Assembly: GCA_965206645.1 (NCBI GenBank)
Contig: CBDBKE010000003.1
Location: 224,001-288,000, forward strand
Direction: 5' to 3'
DNA: 64,000 bases
From: Terriglobia bacterium
GTDB taxonomy: Bacteria > Acidobacteriota > Terriglobia > JAJPHL01 > JAPKYU01
Shown: one piece after another, positions 1 to 10,099 of the stretch
Position numbering within the stretch: position 1 is the stretch's first letter
How the letters are laid out: each line of letters starts with the position of its first letter
Notes under the pieces: generated by a model
Database searches by the model: none
The model's input: the letters and a program-made list of their open reading frames with translations, nothing else
Told to the model about the DNA's origin: nothing
Translations under genes and position numbers: made by a program

Positions 1-680
1 TACTCTTCAACCAGTACGCCCTTGTCCAGGTGGCGTACGGTGCGGGCGTAGCGTGTGGCGCGGGCGTCGTGCGTGACCAACACAATGGTTTTGCCGAAAT
101 CGCGATTCAGTCGTCCAAAAATCTCCAGCACTTCCGAGGCGGACTGTGCGTCCAAATCGCCGGTAGGCTCGTCGGCCAGCAGCAGGGTGGGGTCAGTGAC
201 GAAGGCGCGCGCGATGGCCACCCGCTGCTCCTGCCCGCCGGAAAGCTGCCGCGGATAGTGCTCAGCGCGGTCGGAGAGGCCAACCAGCTTCAGGGCGGTC
301 AGCACGTGCTGGCGGCGCTCGGCCCGCGACAGTCGGGTCAGCAACAGCGGCAGCTCCACGTTTTCAAACGCCGTCAGCACCGGGATCAGGTTGAAGGTTT
401 GGAACACGAATCCGATATGGTGGTTGCGCCATCTCGCCAGCTCGCTCTCGGACATGCGGGTAGGCTCGGCATTCAGGACTCTCAGACCGCCGGAACTGGG
501 TTGGTCAATGCCGGCGATCAGGTTCAGCAGCGTGGATTTTCCTGAACCGGACGGCCCCATCAGCACCAGGAAATCCCCCTGGGCCACCTCCAGGGTAATC
601 CCGTCCAGCGCCCGCACCTCGATGGAACCGCGACGGAATATCTTTTTCAGCTGGTGCACCTCGATGAGCTTAGAGGCCAT
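1..680 (-). CDS. ABC transporter ATP-binding protein (MacB/LolD type), runs to the window edge
   Basis: Manual translation from ATG at 680: [15 protein letters not shown]...GPSGSGKST (Walker A)...GFVFQTFNL...[14 protein letters not shown]...[12 protein letters not shown]...VLVTHD. Confidence 0.93.
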   Translation of the reverse strand, partial: MASKLIEVHQLKKIFRRGSIEVRALDGITLEVAQGDFLVLMGPSGSGKSTLLNLIAGIDQPSSGGLRVLNAEPTRMSESELARWRNHHIGFVFQTFNLIPVLTAFENVELPLLLTRLSRAERRQHVLTALKLVGLSDRAEHYPRQLSGGQEQRVAIARAFVTDPTLLLADEPTGDLDAQSASEVLEIFGRLNRDFGKTIVLVTHDARATRYARTVRHLDKGVLVEE

Positions 681-741
681 ATGGATTAGATTTCCGAGCG
701 TGGCTCTGGAGTTGCAAATTCTTGGCCTGGCTTACCTGCGC

Positions 742-2088
742 CTACTGCCTACTGGGCGTCCGGACGCGCTGGCCGTTCTTTAATGCCTCGGGATTGCTCA
801 CCACTACAACTTCGTCTCCGGTCAGCCCGGAGAGGATGCGGACGGAACCGCCGGTCTGGGGGCCCAAGCGGACCGTCTTGCGCGCCGTGCGTGAATTTTC
901 GACTGCCAGCACCGCAGGCTGGCCTTCGGCCTGAAATACGGCGGCGCGCGGCACCATCAATTCCCTTTCGCGGACCTGGCCGCCCTCGGGATCTTCAAAG
1001 AACACTTTGGCGTTCATTTCCGGGCGCAGGTACTCGTCCGGATTCTCGACCTGCACCTTCACCTGTACGGTGGCCTTCTGCCGGTCCGCTTCCGGGGCGA
1101 TCTCAGCGACCACGCCGCGGTAGCGCCGGTCGGGGAACGCATCGGGCACCACCCGACAGGGCTGGCCCAGCGAGACGCGGGCGAACTCGCTCTGACTGAT
1201 GTCTAACTCCACCTGCAGGTCGTTCAAGTCGGCCAGCGTCACCACTGACGATTTGGCGCCGCGCTCGCCCACGAACATAGTGGTCACCATTTCCCCCTGC
1301 TCCACAAGGCGCTCCAGAACAGTGCCGCTGACGGGAGAACGGATCCGGGTGGCCTCCAGTTGCGCTTCGGCGAATTGCAGGGTACCGCGGGCCTGCTGAA
1401 CCTGAGCGCGCGCCTGGTCAATTTCCTCCTGGCGGGGACCTAGGCGGACCAGCTCGTACTGCTTTTCGGCCGCTTCTACCTGGGCCTCCACCATGTCGGA
1501 TTGGGCGCGCGCGTTGTCCAGAGCTTCGCGGGAAACCACGCCCTCGCGCGACAGGCCCTCGGAACGTTCCAGGTTGAGTTTGGCGTTCCGCAGGTTTGCC
1601 TGGGCTTCTTCGAGCCGGGCCCGGGCATGTTCGATTTCCTGTGGCCGCGACCCAGCCTCCATCTGGCGCAGGCGCGCCTCCGCAGCTTGCAGCGTCCCGC
1701 TCGCCTCTCCCACCTGAGCCCGGTACTCCCGGTCTTCGAGCCGCACCACCATCTGATTCTTCTGTACGCGGTCGCCCTTCTCCACTCCAATCCAGGTGAC
1801 CCGTCCCATCACCTTGGTGCCGAGCTGGATCTTGTGGTGGGGCACGACGTAGCCGCCAGCCACCAGCACGGCCACGGGCTGGCTCATTTCCATCCCGGTC
1901 ACGCGGGCCACCTGCACCATCGGGGGGCGGGCGCCGAACCAGACTGCCAACGCCAACAGCCCCACGGCACCGACTGCGAGCGGCACGAGTACGCGGCGGG
2001 ACAGACGCGGGCCTGGGGACGGCTTCGACTCCCGGTCAATCCGTAGCGTCTCCAGTTCCTGCGAGAGGCGGTCCTTCATTGGTACCAA
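742..2088 (-). CDS. Efflux periplasmic adaptor / membrane fusion protein (MacA/HlyD family)
   Basis: N-terminal TM segment, lipoyl halves (VEKGDRV; IRSPVSGTVLERLVEQGE), long alpha-hairpin, LRPEMNAKV motif; start may be 2079. Confidence 0.92.
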   Translation of the reverse strand: MVPMKDRLSQELETLRIDRESKPSPGPRLSRRVLVPLAVGAVGLLALAVWFGARPPMVQVARVTGMEMSQPVAVLVAGGYVVPHHKIQLGTKVMGRVTWIGVEKGDRVQKNQMVVRLEDREYRAQVGEASGTLQAAEARLRQMEAGSRPQEIEHARARLEEAQANLRNAKLNLERSEGLSREGVVSREALDNARAQSDMVEAQVEAAEKQYELVRLGPRQEEIDQARAQVQQARGTLQFAEAQLEATRIRSPVSGTVLERLVEQGEMVTTMFVGERGAKSSVVTLADLNDLQVELDISQSEFARVSLGQPCRVVPDAFPDRRYRGVVAEIAPEADRQKATVQVKVQVENPDEYLRPEMNAKVFFEDPEGGQVRERELMVPRAAVFQAEGQPAVLAVENSRTARKTVRLGPQTGGSVRILSGLTGDEVVVVSNPEALKNGQRVRTPSRQ

Positions 2089-2134
2089 TCTCCCCTCGCT
2101 AGTTTACCAAGTTGTTGACGAACATCTGGCATGG

Positions 2135-2160
2135 CCACTCGCTCACGGTCGCGGCTCGGC
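2135..2160. repeat. Possible REP-like element half (cactcgctcacggtcgcggctcgg)
   Basis: Intergenic; resembles, from recall, the CGCTCnCnGACGGTCGCGGCTC-type repeats of Acidobacteria/Planctomycetes; single copy in this window. Confidence 0.35.
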
Positions 2161-2199
2161 AGTGTCTGCCTTTCTGTCTTCCCTACCAGGCGCACGTTC

Positions 2200-3357
2200 T
2201 TACTCGCGCAGTCCCAGCACTGGCGGTTTCTGCGCCGCCAGTCGCGCTGGTAGCAGGCCGCCTACGACGCCCACCACCGCCGCAAACATCAGGCCCTGCC
2301 CCATCAGTGGCGGCGTAATGCGAAATTGAAACGCCACTTCGGCGAAGGTGGAAAAATTCACGGTACCGGTGGACAGCCCGTGAATGGGAAGTGCCAGCAG
2401 ACAGCCCAGCACGCCCCCGGCCGTGGCCAGCAGCACCGATTCGACCAAGAGCGCCAGCATCACCGAGGCCCGCGAGAACCCCAGCACGCGCAGCGTGGCG
2501 ACTTCCCGCGCCCGGTAGGCCACCGTGGCGTACATCGCGTTCATAGCCGCAAAGCACGATCCGACGGCCATCACCAGGGCGATGAAGGTGCCCAGCACCT
2601 GGATCGGCATTGAGGAGCGCATCTGGTCGCGGTAGTATTGCGGCTCGGGTCGGGCCTGGAGGTGGAGCTGGCGGTCCTCACTGATGCGACGGGAAAGTTC
2701 AGCCGCTGCAGTGGCGTCCTCAGCCCGCAGCAACACCGAGGAGTAAATCCCGCTGCGGTTGAAGTCGTCGGCGACAGCGCTGACGTCGGTCCACAGTTCC
2801 GAATCGTAAGCGCTCCCGCCAGCTTCGATGAGACCCACGACGAGCCATTCGCTGGGGCCGAGCCGGATTGTGGAACCCAGCTCCAGCCCGAACCGGCGCG
2901 CCATGCGGCGGCTGCACACCAATTCCCGCAGGCCACTTCGGAAGATGCGGCCTTCCACCAGGCGCACCTGCTCGCGCAGCAGGAAGCCGGTCGGCGTGAT
3001 CCCACGCAGGATAACGTGGGTCTCGTCGCCGCCGGCCCGCGGGATGAAAATCAACACCAGCAATTCCGGCGAGACCAGCGGTTCGCCCGAGCCGTCTTTC
3101 TGGATTCCTGGCAGGTACTTCAGGGTTTGCAGGGTGGGCACGGGCAGGCTGCTGTTGGTTTCCACTTGCGAACCCTGCCGGATCACCACCAGGTTCAGTG
3201 GGTGCCCGGTTTCGGCAAAGACGTTTTCCAGGCCCTGCACCAGGGCCATCACAGAAATAAAGACGGCCACGGTGGCGGCGACGCTGATGATGGCCATGGC
3301 AGTGCCGGTGCGCCGCACTCGCAGGCTGCGAAGGCTGTACTTCAATGGGATAGCCAT
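2200..3357 (-). CDS. ABC transporter permease (MacB/FtsX family)
   Basis: Start MAIPLKYSLRSL at 3357; periplasmic domain plus FtsX motif RAREVATLRVLGFSR. Confidence 0.92.
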   Translation of the reverse strand: MAIPLKYSLRSLRVRRTGTAMAIISVAATVAVFISVMALVQGLENVFAETGHPLNLVVIRQGSQVETNSSLPVPTLQTLKYLPGIQKDGSGEPLVSPELLVLIFIPRAGGDETHVILRGITPTGFLLREQVRLVEGRIFRSGLRELVCSRRMARRFGLELGSTIRLGPSEWLVVGLIEAGGSAYDSELWTDVSAVADDFNRSGIYSSVLLRAEDATAAAELSRRISEDRQLHLQARPEPQYYRDQMRSSMPIQVLGTFIALVMAVGSCFAAMNAMYATVAYRAREVATLRVLGFSRASVMLALLVESVLLATAGGVLGCLLALPIHGLSTGTVNFSTFAEVAFQFRITPPLMGQGLMFAAVVGVVGGLLPARLAAQKPPVLGLRE

Positions 3358-3362
3358 ATGGC

Positions 3363-4511
3363 TCAGCCCACGTGCCGGAGGGCCTGGGCGATGGGCAGTC
3401 CGGCAGCGCGCAGGGCGGGCACGGCCGCCGCCGCCAGCCCGATGGCCAACGCCAGGCTCATGCCCAGCACCATTGCCTCTGGCTGGACCCGGAGCTGGAT
3501 CAGAAAACCGCTGGTGGCGCGCTGCATGTCCAGGGTGGAATACAGCAGCTTGGCGCCACCGCAACCCAGCAGTCCGCTCAAGAAACCAATCAGCAGCGCC
3601 TCGCTGAGCAGCAGCCCCAGAATCAGGTTGCGGGTGTACCCCAAGGTTTTCATCACCGCCACTTCCGCCGTGCGCTCGCGAATGGACATGGCCATGGTTG
3701 CGGCCGTGACCAGCAGAATGGTGAAGACCACCACCGCCGAAATGCTGCCGATGAACAACTTTACGTTGCCCAGCATGTTGCTGAAGCTAAGCTGGAACGC
3801 CTTTTCGGTTTCGGTCTTAGTGGGAGCGGTGCTGTTGCGGAACATGTCGTCGACGGTCCGGGCGATCACGGGGACCGCGTCGGCCGACTCTGCCTGGATG
3901 CAAAACGACCCCGCCACTCCCTGTCCGTTCATCAACTCGTCCAGGTAGTCGTAGTGGAACCAAAGCATCGCCTCGTCGGGCGGAGTGGGGGAGGTGAAGC
4001 TTCCCACCAGTTTCAGTTCCGGGTCGACGGGATAGATGGTGCCCTTCAATGTGATGCGATCGCCAATTCTCCAACCGAACCGTTCGAACAGGCGCACGCC
4101 TGCCACAGCCGCCGTACGTTCTTTGATGAAGTTTTCCCGTCGCTGCGGGTCAATTTCAAACTCCGGATAGACCTGGAATCCCTTGTCGGCGTCCACGGCG
4201 AATTGGGCAAAGAAGTTCCCTTCGTCAATGTAAATGCCCCCGAACCAGCTGGCGACCATGACGTTTCTGACCCCGGGCACCTCCCGGATCTGCTCGCGGT
4301 GGGCGAGCGGCAGCGGGTTGGCTATGGAAACCGAGTGGCGCGTCCATAGGCGCAGAGCGCTTTCCGGCGTGGTGCTGGTGGCCTGAAGCTCGTACAGCAC
4401 GGTGTGCAGGGTGACCAGCAGGAACAGGGATGCCCCCAAGCTGAGCACCGTCAGAAGGGTGCGGCGTTTGTTCCGGACCGCACTTTTCAGCACCAGCGCT
4501 GCAAACCTCAT
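3363..4511 (-). CDS. ABC transporter permease (MacB/FtsX family)
   Basis: RNKRRTLLT N-terminus; ERTAEVAVMKTLGY FtsX motif; four-TM layout. Confidence 0.93.
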   Translation of the reverse strand: MRFAALVLKSAVRNKRRTLLTVLSLGASLFLLVTLHTVLYELQATSTTPESALRLWTRHSVSIANPLPLAHREQIREVPGVRNVMVASWFGGIYIDEGNFFAQFAVDADKGFQVYPEFEIDPQRRENFIKERTAAVAGVRLFERFGWRIGDRITLKGTIYPVDPELKLVGSFTSPTPPDEAMLWFHYDYLDELMNGQGVAGSFCIQAESADAVPVIARTVDDMFRNSTAPTKTETEKAFQLSFSNMLGNVKLFIGSISAVVVFTILLVTAATMAMSIRERTAEVAVMKTLGYTRNLILGLLLSEALLIGFLSGLLGCGGAKLLYSTLDMQRATSGFLIQLRVQPEAMVLGMSLALAIGLAAAAVPALRAAGLPIAQALRHVG

Positions 4512-4536
4512 GGGAGTCGAACTTGGAAGGCCGCGA

Positions 4537-4581
4537 CCCTGGTTAAACCCCTGGCTAAACCCCTGGTTAAACCGTGGTTAA
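4537..4581. repeat. 12-bp tandem repeat (CCCTGGTTAAAC, about 3.7 copies)
   Basis: ccctggttaaac ccctggctaaac ccctggttaaac cgtggttaa, upstream of the ABC operon. Confidence 0.85.
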
Positions 4582-5900
4582 GATGCCCCGCCCAGGCGGT
4601 GCAAGATCTCCCCAACAATGGTGTCCACCAAGCCCGGGACCGCCTTCAAGTTCGGCATGGCCTTGTCCAGGGCGCCTTCTACCGCGGCTCGCACAGCCGC
4701 CTCGTCCGGAACGGACCCTGCCCCTTGCGAAGGTGCAGTGACCACTGGCTGCGGCGGCGCAACAGGCTCTGGGGCTGGTGGTGGCGCGGCCTCTTCCGCC
4801 GGGGCTGGCGGTGTTGTGGGCTCCGGGGCAGCCGACGGAGCGGCCTCCGGGACGGAATCCGCAGGCGCTGTTGCCTCCTGGGGGGCCACTGGTGCGGGTT
4901 CCTCAACGCGCTCTAATAGGTCCGCCCAATCCACAGCGGGCGCTGGTTCTGGCGTGGCCGCTGCTACCGGCTCCGGAGGTGCCTCTTCAGCTTCCGGAGG
5001 TGGAGCAGCGCCAAACACGGCGCGGTCCATGTCCGTAACGCGTTCAGGTTCGGCCACCCAGTGCTGGGCCGGCTCGGGTGCTACGGCGGCCATGGCCGCT
5101 GGCGCGGGCTGCTCTTCGAGTTCCGGCACTGTCAACTCGGGGATGACAACATCCTCCGTGGCTACCTGGCTTTCTGCCGCTTCCGCATATTCGCCCACCG
5201 GCGCGGCCAGCGGCTCTTCGGCCTGAGCGATTTCCTGAGCCACTGCGGGCTCGGCGCCGTGGGCCGCGGCAGCCTGCAATTCCACCTCTGCCGCGGAAAC
5301 AGCAGGTGCTGGCGCTTCCACTGCGGCTGAGGCAGGGGCGGCCGGAGCAGTCTCTGCAGATGGAGATTCCTCAAACAAGTCAAATGCAGCCTGCTGCTGC
5401 AAGTCCGCCGGCACTTCCACACGCGCCGTGGAGGTGGTGGGGATTTCTTCCAGCAGCTGACTTTCCTCAGCCTTCTGTGCCTGGAGCTCTTCTGGGGATG
5501 GGGGAGGTGGGGGAGGCGCCGGCTTCCGCTCCTGCGACAGTTGCAACATCTCGCGCACCGTCGTCACCACGTCACTAGCTTCGAAAGGTTTTTTCAGGAC
5601 CGCATCCGCCTGCACCTTTCTGCCTTGTTCCTGGTTGTAGGGCTCCAGTTGTCCCACGACCAGCACCACCGGAATGTGGGCAAGTTCCGGGGAGCTTCTG
5701 ACGAAGGTGCAGACTTCGTAGCCGGTGCGGCCGGGCATGAACACGTCTGCCAGAACCACGTCAAATCCGCCTTCGGGAAGCTTCTTCACGGCTGCTTCGC
5801 CATTACTGACCGTCACTACTTGGATGTCCTCGCCGGCAAGGATCTTGGTGGCCATGCGCTGGGCGTGCGTACTGTCGTCTGCTAACAAAATCTTAGGCAC
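4578..5900 (-). CDS. Response regulator: receiver domain, long Pro/Ala/Glu linker, C-terminal helices (RomR-like)
   Basis: LLADDS, VLADVFMPGRTGYEVC, LKKPFE; low-complexity linker; C-terminal AVPGLVDTIVGEILHRL. Confidence 0.85.
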   Translation of the reverse strand: MPKILLADDSTHAQRMATKILAGEDIQVVTVSNGEAAVKKLPEGGFDVVLADVFMPGRTGYEVCTFVRSSPELAHIPVVLVVGQLEPYNQEQGRKVQADAVLKKPFEASDVVTTVREMLQLSQERKPAPPPPPPSPEELQAQKAEESQLLEEIPTTSTARVEVPADLQQQAAFDLFEESPSAETAPAAPASAAVEAPAPAVSAAEVELQAAAAHGAEPAVAQEIAQAEEPLAAPVGEYAEAAESQVATEDVVIPELTVPELEEQPAPAAMAAVAPEPAQHWVAEPERVTDMDRAVFGAAPPPEAEEAPPEPVAAATPEPAPAVDWADLLERVEEPAPVAPQEATAPADSVPEAAPSAAPEPTTPPAPAEEAAPPPAPEPVAPPQPVVTAPSQGAGSVPDEAAVRAAVEGALDKAMPNLKAVPGLVDTIVGEILHRLGGAS

Positions 5901-6112
5901 GGAACTTCTCCCTACCTTTGCAGGTGACCTTCAGGAATTCTAACCACGAGGGTAGCGGCCTGACAAGCGCGAAACGGTTTCCGCCGGGGAATAGGGAGAC
6001 GGCTTCGATGGCTCCCTTTAGGCATGGAAAGCGTGCAGCTGCTGCGGCTGTTGACTCTTGCGTTCCGTGCGGGTACTCGTATGGGTAAAGGCTGACTTTA
6101 TTTTTCCTGTGC

Positions 6113-7276
6113 TTACTCTCCCCGAGTGGGCGAGCCGCCCTCAGGCGGAGGCTGCGGTGTCGAGGACTCCGGCGCGTTGCCTGAGGTTGGCGGCGGAGTC
6201 GGGTCCGAAGTGGTAACCGGCTCGGACGCCGGCCGGACCGCTTCCAGACGGATACCTGAGGTGCCGGTGCGGCCGGGTTCGGCGGCCGTGATGCTGACTG
6301 GTTCGGTTTCTGGCTTCTTGGGAAACAGCACCGGTTTACCCGCCTTGCTGGCCATGCTGACGTCGGGCCGCGTGCGGAACACGTTCATCGTCTTCCCGAT
6401 GATTCCCTTCGTCTCGCGATGTTCGAGATCGTATTTCATCCGCGCATAGGCTTCCGGGCTGGGGTCTGGGATGGGCAGCTCCCAGTCCACCAGCTTGTCC
6501 TTAGCGTCGCTCACCAGGTCACTGAGGGGGTAGTCGGAGATGATCTTGGAGTAAGCCGCGGCCGCCTGAGGCCGATAGTTTTCTCCCCCCATCTCCCAAG
6601 ATTCGCCCATCATCCACAACGCCCGGTCGCCCCGGCTGTAGTTGGGATAGTTGTCGGTGAGTTCCTTCAGCCGGGAGATAGTCGCGCGGGGATTCCCCTT
6701 GATGAAGTAGTGGCGACTCACGCGAAAATCGCTCTCAGCAATTACCTCCTGGACTTCGCGCAGGCGCTGCTCGGCTTCCTCGCGGAAGGGGCTGTTTGGG
6801 AACTGCAGCAGCACTTCGCGGAACTCCTCCTCGGCGCGGAGGGCGTGAGTCCGGTCGCGGTCCGGCTTTTCCATCTGCTGGTAATGGATCATGGCCACTT
6901 TCAACTGGGCCTCGGAGGCTTCCGGCATCGTGGGGAAGAAGGTGATGAAGTCCTTGTACTCCGCCTCGGCTTGAGCCAGCCCGCTGGTGCCTCCGTGGCG
7001 GTACCAGGAGTCAGCGATCGCGAGCTTGGCCTTGGCCAGATACTCGCTGTCAGGATAGGTATTCAAGAGGGTTTGTAAGGTGAGCCGGGCTATCTCGTAG
7101 CGACCCCTTTCGAGGTCGAGCACCGACTGGTCAAACAGCGTCTTGTCCGGCTGCTGCGAATCGCCGACGATCGGCGTCTCGTATTTGTCGCGGCGCAAGC
7201 TACAGCCGGCCCACAGAGCCACCGAGAGCAACAGCACCAGTGCGCGAGCTACCATCGGAGCAGGTTTATTCATCAC
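6113..7276 (-). CDS. bamD: Outer membrane protein assembly factor BamD (lipoprotein)
   Basis: Lipobox WAGC; TPR motifs YPDSEYLAKAKLAIADS, DRDRTHALRAEEEF, FPNSPF; Pro-rich tail. Confidence 0.88.
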   Translation of the reverse strand: MMNKPAPMVARALVLLLSVALWAGCSLRRDKYETPIVGDSQQPDKTLFDQSVLDLERGRYEIARLTLQTLLNTYPDSEYLAKAKLAIADSWYRHGGTSGLAQAEAEYKDFITFFPTMPEASEAQLKVAMIHYQQMEKPDRDRTHALRAEEEFREVLLQFPNSPFREEAEQRLREVQEVIAESDFRVSRHYFIKGNPRATISRLKELTDNYPNYSRGDRALWMMGESWEMGGENYRPQAAAAYSKIISDYPLSDLVSDAKDKLVDWELPIPDPSPEAYARMKYDLEHRETKGIIGKTMNVFRTRPDVSMASKAGKPVLFPKKPETEPVSITAAEPGRTGTSGIRLEAVRPASEPVTTSDPTPPPTSGNAPESSTPQPPPEGGSPTRGE

Positions 7277-7292
7277 ATCACCCTTGGCGTGT

Positions 7293-8015
7293 TCAAATTT
7301 TCGACAGCATGGCCGTCTCGGCCCGCTTCAAGAGCAACTCGACCGCAGCCGCCGGATCGGCGCTGTGAAACACACTGGAGCCGGCCACAATAATGTCAGT
7401 TCCTGCCCGGACCGCCTCCAAGACGTTGTCGGAGCTGATACCTCCGTCAATCCCGATGAGAAATTCCAGACCGCGCTCTTCCCGCATCCGGGCCAGTCGG
7501 CCAATTTTGTCCAGGGAGCGCGGGATGAACTGCTGGCCTCCAAATCCTGGGTTGACGCTCATCACCAGGACGTAGTCTACGCACTCCAGCACCTCGCTGA
7601 GCATCTCCACCGGCGTGGCCGGATTGATCACCGCCCCGGCCGCCGCCCCACAATTGCGGATGTAGCTGAGAGTGCGGTCTAGATGGAGGCAGGCTTCCTG
7701 GTGCACGGAGATCCTCTCCGCTCCTGCCTCGCAGAAGGCGGAAACGTAGCGGTCGGGGTCGGAGATCATCAGATGACAATCCAGAGGCAACGCAGTGACC
7801 TTCCGCACCGCGGCCACCACCGGCGGGCCGATGGTGATATTCGGGACGAAGTGGCCGTCCATCACGTCCAGGTGCAGCAGGCTGGCTCCGCCGCGTTCCA
7901 CTGCCTGGATTTGCTCGGCCAGATGGGCAAAGTCAGCCGAGAGAATGGACGGCGCAATCTGCACACGGTTAGGCACCAGGCGTTCCAGCCCCTTCATGCG
8001 CTTCGACAGTGGCAT
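7293..8015 (-). CDS. rpe: Ribulose-phosphate 3-epimerase
   Basis: IAPSILSADF, HLDVMDGHFVPNITIG, DCHLMI, MSVNPGFGGQ, IDGG; true start may be a few codons downstream. Confidence 0.97.
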   Translation of the reverse strand: MPLSKRMKGLERLVPNRVQIAPSILSADFAHLAEQIQAVERGGASLLHLDVMDGHFVPNITIGPPVVAAVRKVTALPLDCHLMISDPDRYVSAFCEAGAERISVHQEACLHLDRTLSYIRNCGAAAGAVINPATPVEMLSEVLECVDYVLVMSVNPGFGGQQFIPRSLDKIGRLARMREERGLEFLIGIDGGISSDNVLEAVRAGTDIIVAGSSVFHSADPAAAVELLLKRAETAMLSKI

Positions 8016-8294
8016 TCTAGCATGGCCCGCCCGCCTTGACCAACTGGGTCACTGCCCTCGAACTCGCTCGCTGCTCGGCAGCCGATGCCCCGTGCAAACG
8101 GGGCGGGACGGCAAGACCGGGTTCACCCTGAAGCTGTGGACAATGTCGGATTCCTGTCATATGTTCGCCTGTGGTCTGCGCGGCGGCCAGGCGGTGAAGG
8201 CGGGGTAGTGAATTCTTAATCCGAGCCAGGGAGGAGGCCGTCCAATCAGTACTCGGAGGCCTGTTAAAGTTCTGCGAAATAGGGAGGAGCGGGG

Positions 8295-9128
8295 ATGGCG
8301 ACCGGGGTGCATGACAACGAGCTGGCTGAGCGACTCCAAGTGGCTCGTCAGGCAGCAGAGCGCGCCGGCAGAATCACGCTGAAGCATTTTCAAACCGATT
8401 TCGAGCGGCAGACGAAGGCCGATGGTACGGTGGTCACCATTGCCGACCGTCAGAGCGAGCAGCTGCTGCGCAGGACCATCGAAAGAGCGTTTCCCTACGA
8501 CGCCGTCCTGGGCGAGGAGTTCCACGAAAAGCCTGGCCAGACGCGCTATCGCTGGATCCTGGATCCCATTGACGGCACGGTCAGCTTCGTCCAGGGCGTG
8601 CCGCTGTACGGGGTGCTGGTCGCGCTGGAGGACCTGGAAGTTCGACGAAGCGTCCTGGGAGTGATCCACCTGCCGTCGCTCGGGGAAACCGTGTATGCCC
8701 AGCGTGGCCACGGTTGCCATTGGGAGCGGCGAGTTGGAGGGAAGCGGCTGGCCATCCCGGCGCGGGTGTCGCGCGTGGAGAACCTGGACGCCGCCGTGCT
8801 GCTGGCCTCCGACTTTTGGAACGTACCGCTCGAAGGACGGCGCCAGGAGCTGGCCCGGCTGGCGGGCAGAACTCGCCTCCAGCGAACCTGGGCCGATTGC
8901 TACGGCTACGTCCTGGTGGCCACCGGGCGCGCCGAACTGATGCTGGATAGCACGTTCAACCTTTGGGACGCTGCCCCGATGCAGCCAATTTTGGAGGAGG
9001 CGGGGGGGACGTTCACCGATTGGACCGGTCAGCCAACCATCCACGGCGACTGTGGCCTGGCCACGAATGGTCTGCTGTTGAAAGAAGCGCTGGCCGTGAT
9101 GCGCGAGGCGACCGAGGTTGGGGTCTAG
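8295..9128 (+). CDS. Inositol monophosphatase family protein, probable histidinol-phosphatase (HisN-like)
   Basis: KADGTVVTIAD, LGEE, WILDPIDGT, WDAAP..ILEEAGGTFTDW; RBS GGAGGAG upstream. Confidence 0.88.
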   Translation: MATGVHDNELAERLQVARQAAERAGRITLKHFQTDFERQTKADGTVVTIADRQSEQLLRRTIERAFPYDAVLGEEFHEKPGQTRYRWILDPIDGTVSFVQGVPLYGVLVALEDLEVRRSVLGVIHLPSLGETVYAQRGHGCHWERRVGGKRLAIPARVSRVENLDAAVLLASDFWNVPLEGRRQELARLAGRTRLQRTWADCYGYVLVATGRAELMLDSTFNLWDAAPMQPILEEAGGTFTDWTGQPTIHGDCGLATNGLLLKEALAVMREATEVGV

Positions 9129-9152
9129 GGGCTTCACCGCTGGAAGCCCCTA
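9126..9152. terminator. Hairpin (10-bp stem, 7-nt loop) at the IMPase stop; possible terminator
   Basis: taggggcttc-accgctg-gaagccccta; no U-tract. Confidence 0.45.
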
Positions 9153-9224
9153 CCCGGGGGCAGCGCTTCTGAGATGGGCAGTCTGGATCCGATACCTCAC
9201 CCTGCTGGCAGCCGCCGGCGTTCC

Positions 9225-9254
9225 TTGACAGGGGCCGGCGCGGGCACCGACAAT
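9225..9254 (+). promoter_or_regulatory. Sigma70-like promoter of the glycan locus
   Basis: TTGACA-18 bp-GACAAT, ending 23 bp before the wzm ATG. Confidence 0.55.
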
Positions 9255-9277
9255 AAGCCGACAGGCCGGAAGCCGCG

Positions 9278-10099
9278 ATGAATGTGGGGTTTTTCTGGAC
9301 AGTAGGGCGCGCGTTTGTGTCCAACCTGGTGCAGCGGCGTGCACTGGTGGGCAACCTAGTCGTCCGCGATTTCAAGCAGCGCTACGTGGGTTCCTCGATC
9401 GGGTGGCTGTGGGGAGCGGTACACCCGGCGGTTCTGCTGCTCAGCTACTGGTTCGTCTTCTCGAAGGTGTTCAAGGTCCCTCTGCGCCCCGAGTTGGGCA
9501 CCGACAGCTTTGCTCTCTACCTGTTCGTGGGCATTCTGCCCTGGCTGTTGTTCCAGGACACCGTGCAGCGCTCGGCTACTGCCGTGATGGGCTACTCGAA
9601 CCTGATTACCAAGACCATGTTCCCCTCCGAGGTGCTGCCCCTCTCGCTGTTGCTTTCCGGCATGCTGAACCACCTGCTGGGTCTGCTGGTGCTCTTGGGA
9701 ATTCTGGGCCTGGTGGTCAAAAAGCTGACGGTGTTTGCGCTGCTGGTGCCGGTCTACACCCTTTTGCTGGCAGTGTTCACCATCGGCGTGAGCTGGCTGG
9801 TGGCCAGTCTGAACGTGTTTCTGCGGGATACGGCGCAGGCACTCTCGGTCGGGCTGATCTTCTGGTTCTGGTTCACGCCGATTTTCTACGCCGCCGACCG
9901 CCTGCCAGAAAACGCGCGGTTTATCGCCTGGATCAATCCGCTGGCCTACGTGGTGGACGCCTACCGGAAGTGCCTGCTGGCCGGCCAGGCGCCGGCACTG
10001 GGCGACCTGGCGATTACCGCCGTCTTTGCTGTCACCGCTTTCGTGGCCGGCGGCCTGTTCTTCCGCTACACCAAGCGCGCCTTCGGAGATGTGCTCTGA
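9278..10099 (+). CDS. wzm: ABC-2 polysaccharide export permease Wzm
   Basis: RDFKQRYVGSSIGWLW, LITKTMFP, RDTAQ, WFWFTPIFY, INPL. Confidence 0.93.
   Translation: MNVGFFWTVGRAFVSNLVQRRALVGNLVVRDFKQRYVGSSIGWLWGAVHPAVLLLSYWFVFSKVFKVPLRPELGTDSFALYLFVGILPWLLFQDTVQRSATAVMGYSNLITKTMFPSEVLPLSLLLSGMLNHLLGLLVLLGILGLVVKKLTVFALLVPVYTLLLAVFTIGVSWLVASLNVFLRDTAQALSVGLIFWFWFTPIFYAADRLPENARFIAWINPLAYVVDAYRKCLLAGQAPALGDLAITAVFAVTAFVAGGLFFRYTKRAFGDVL

Noticed and set aside
30-545. 171-aa + strand ORF
   Set aside because: Antisense shadow of the ABC ATPase
4537-4581. CRISPR array (also considered for 12341-12688 and 29082-29211)
   Set aside because: Units are contiguous with no unique spacers, sizes are wrong, and no cas genes are present
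9403-10098. N-terminal extension of Wzt
   Set aside because: Overlaps wzm in another frame; the coupled ATG at 10099 is the better start. Similar over-extensions were trimmed at 2200-3564, 17904, 20845 and 24606
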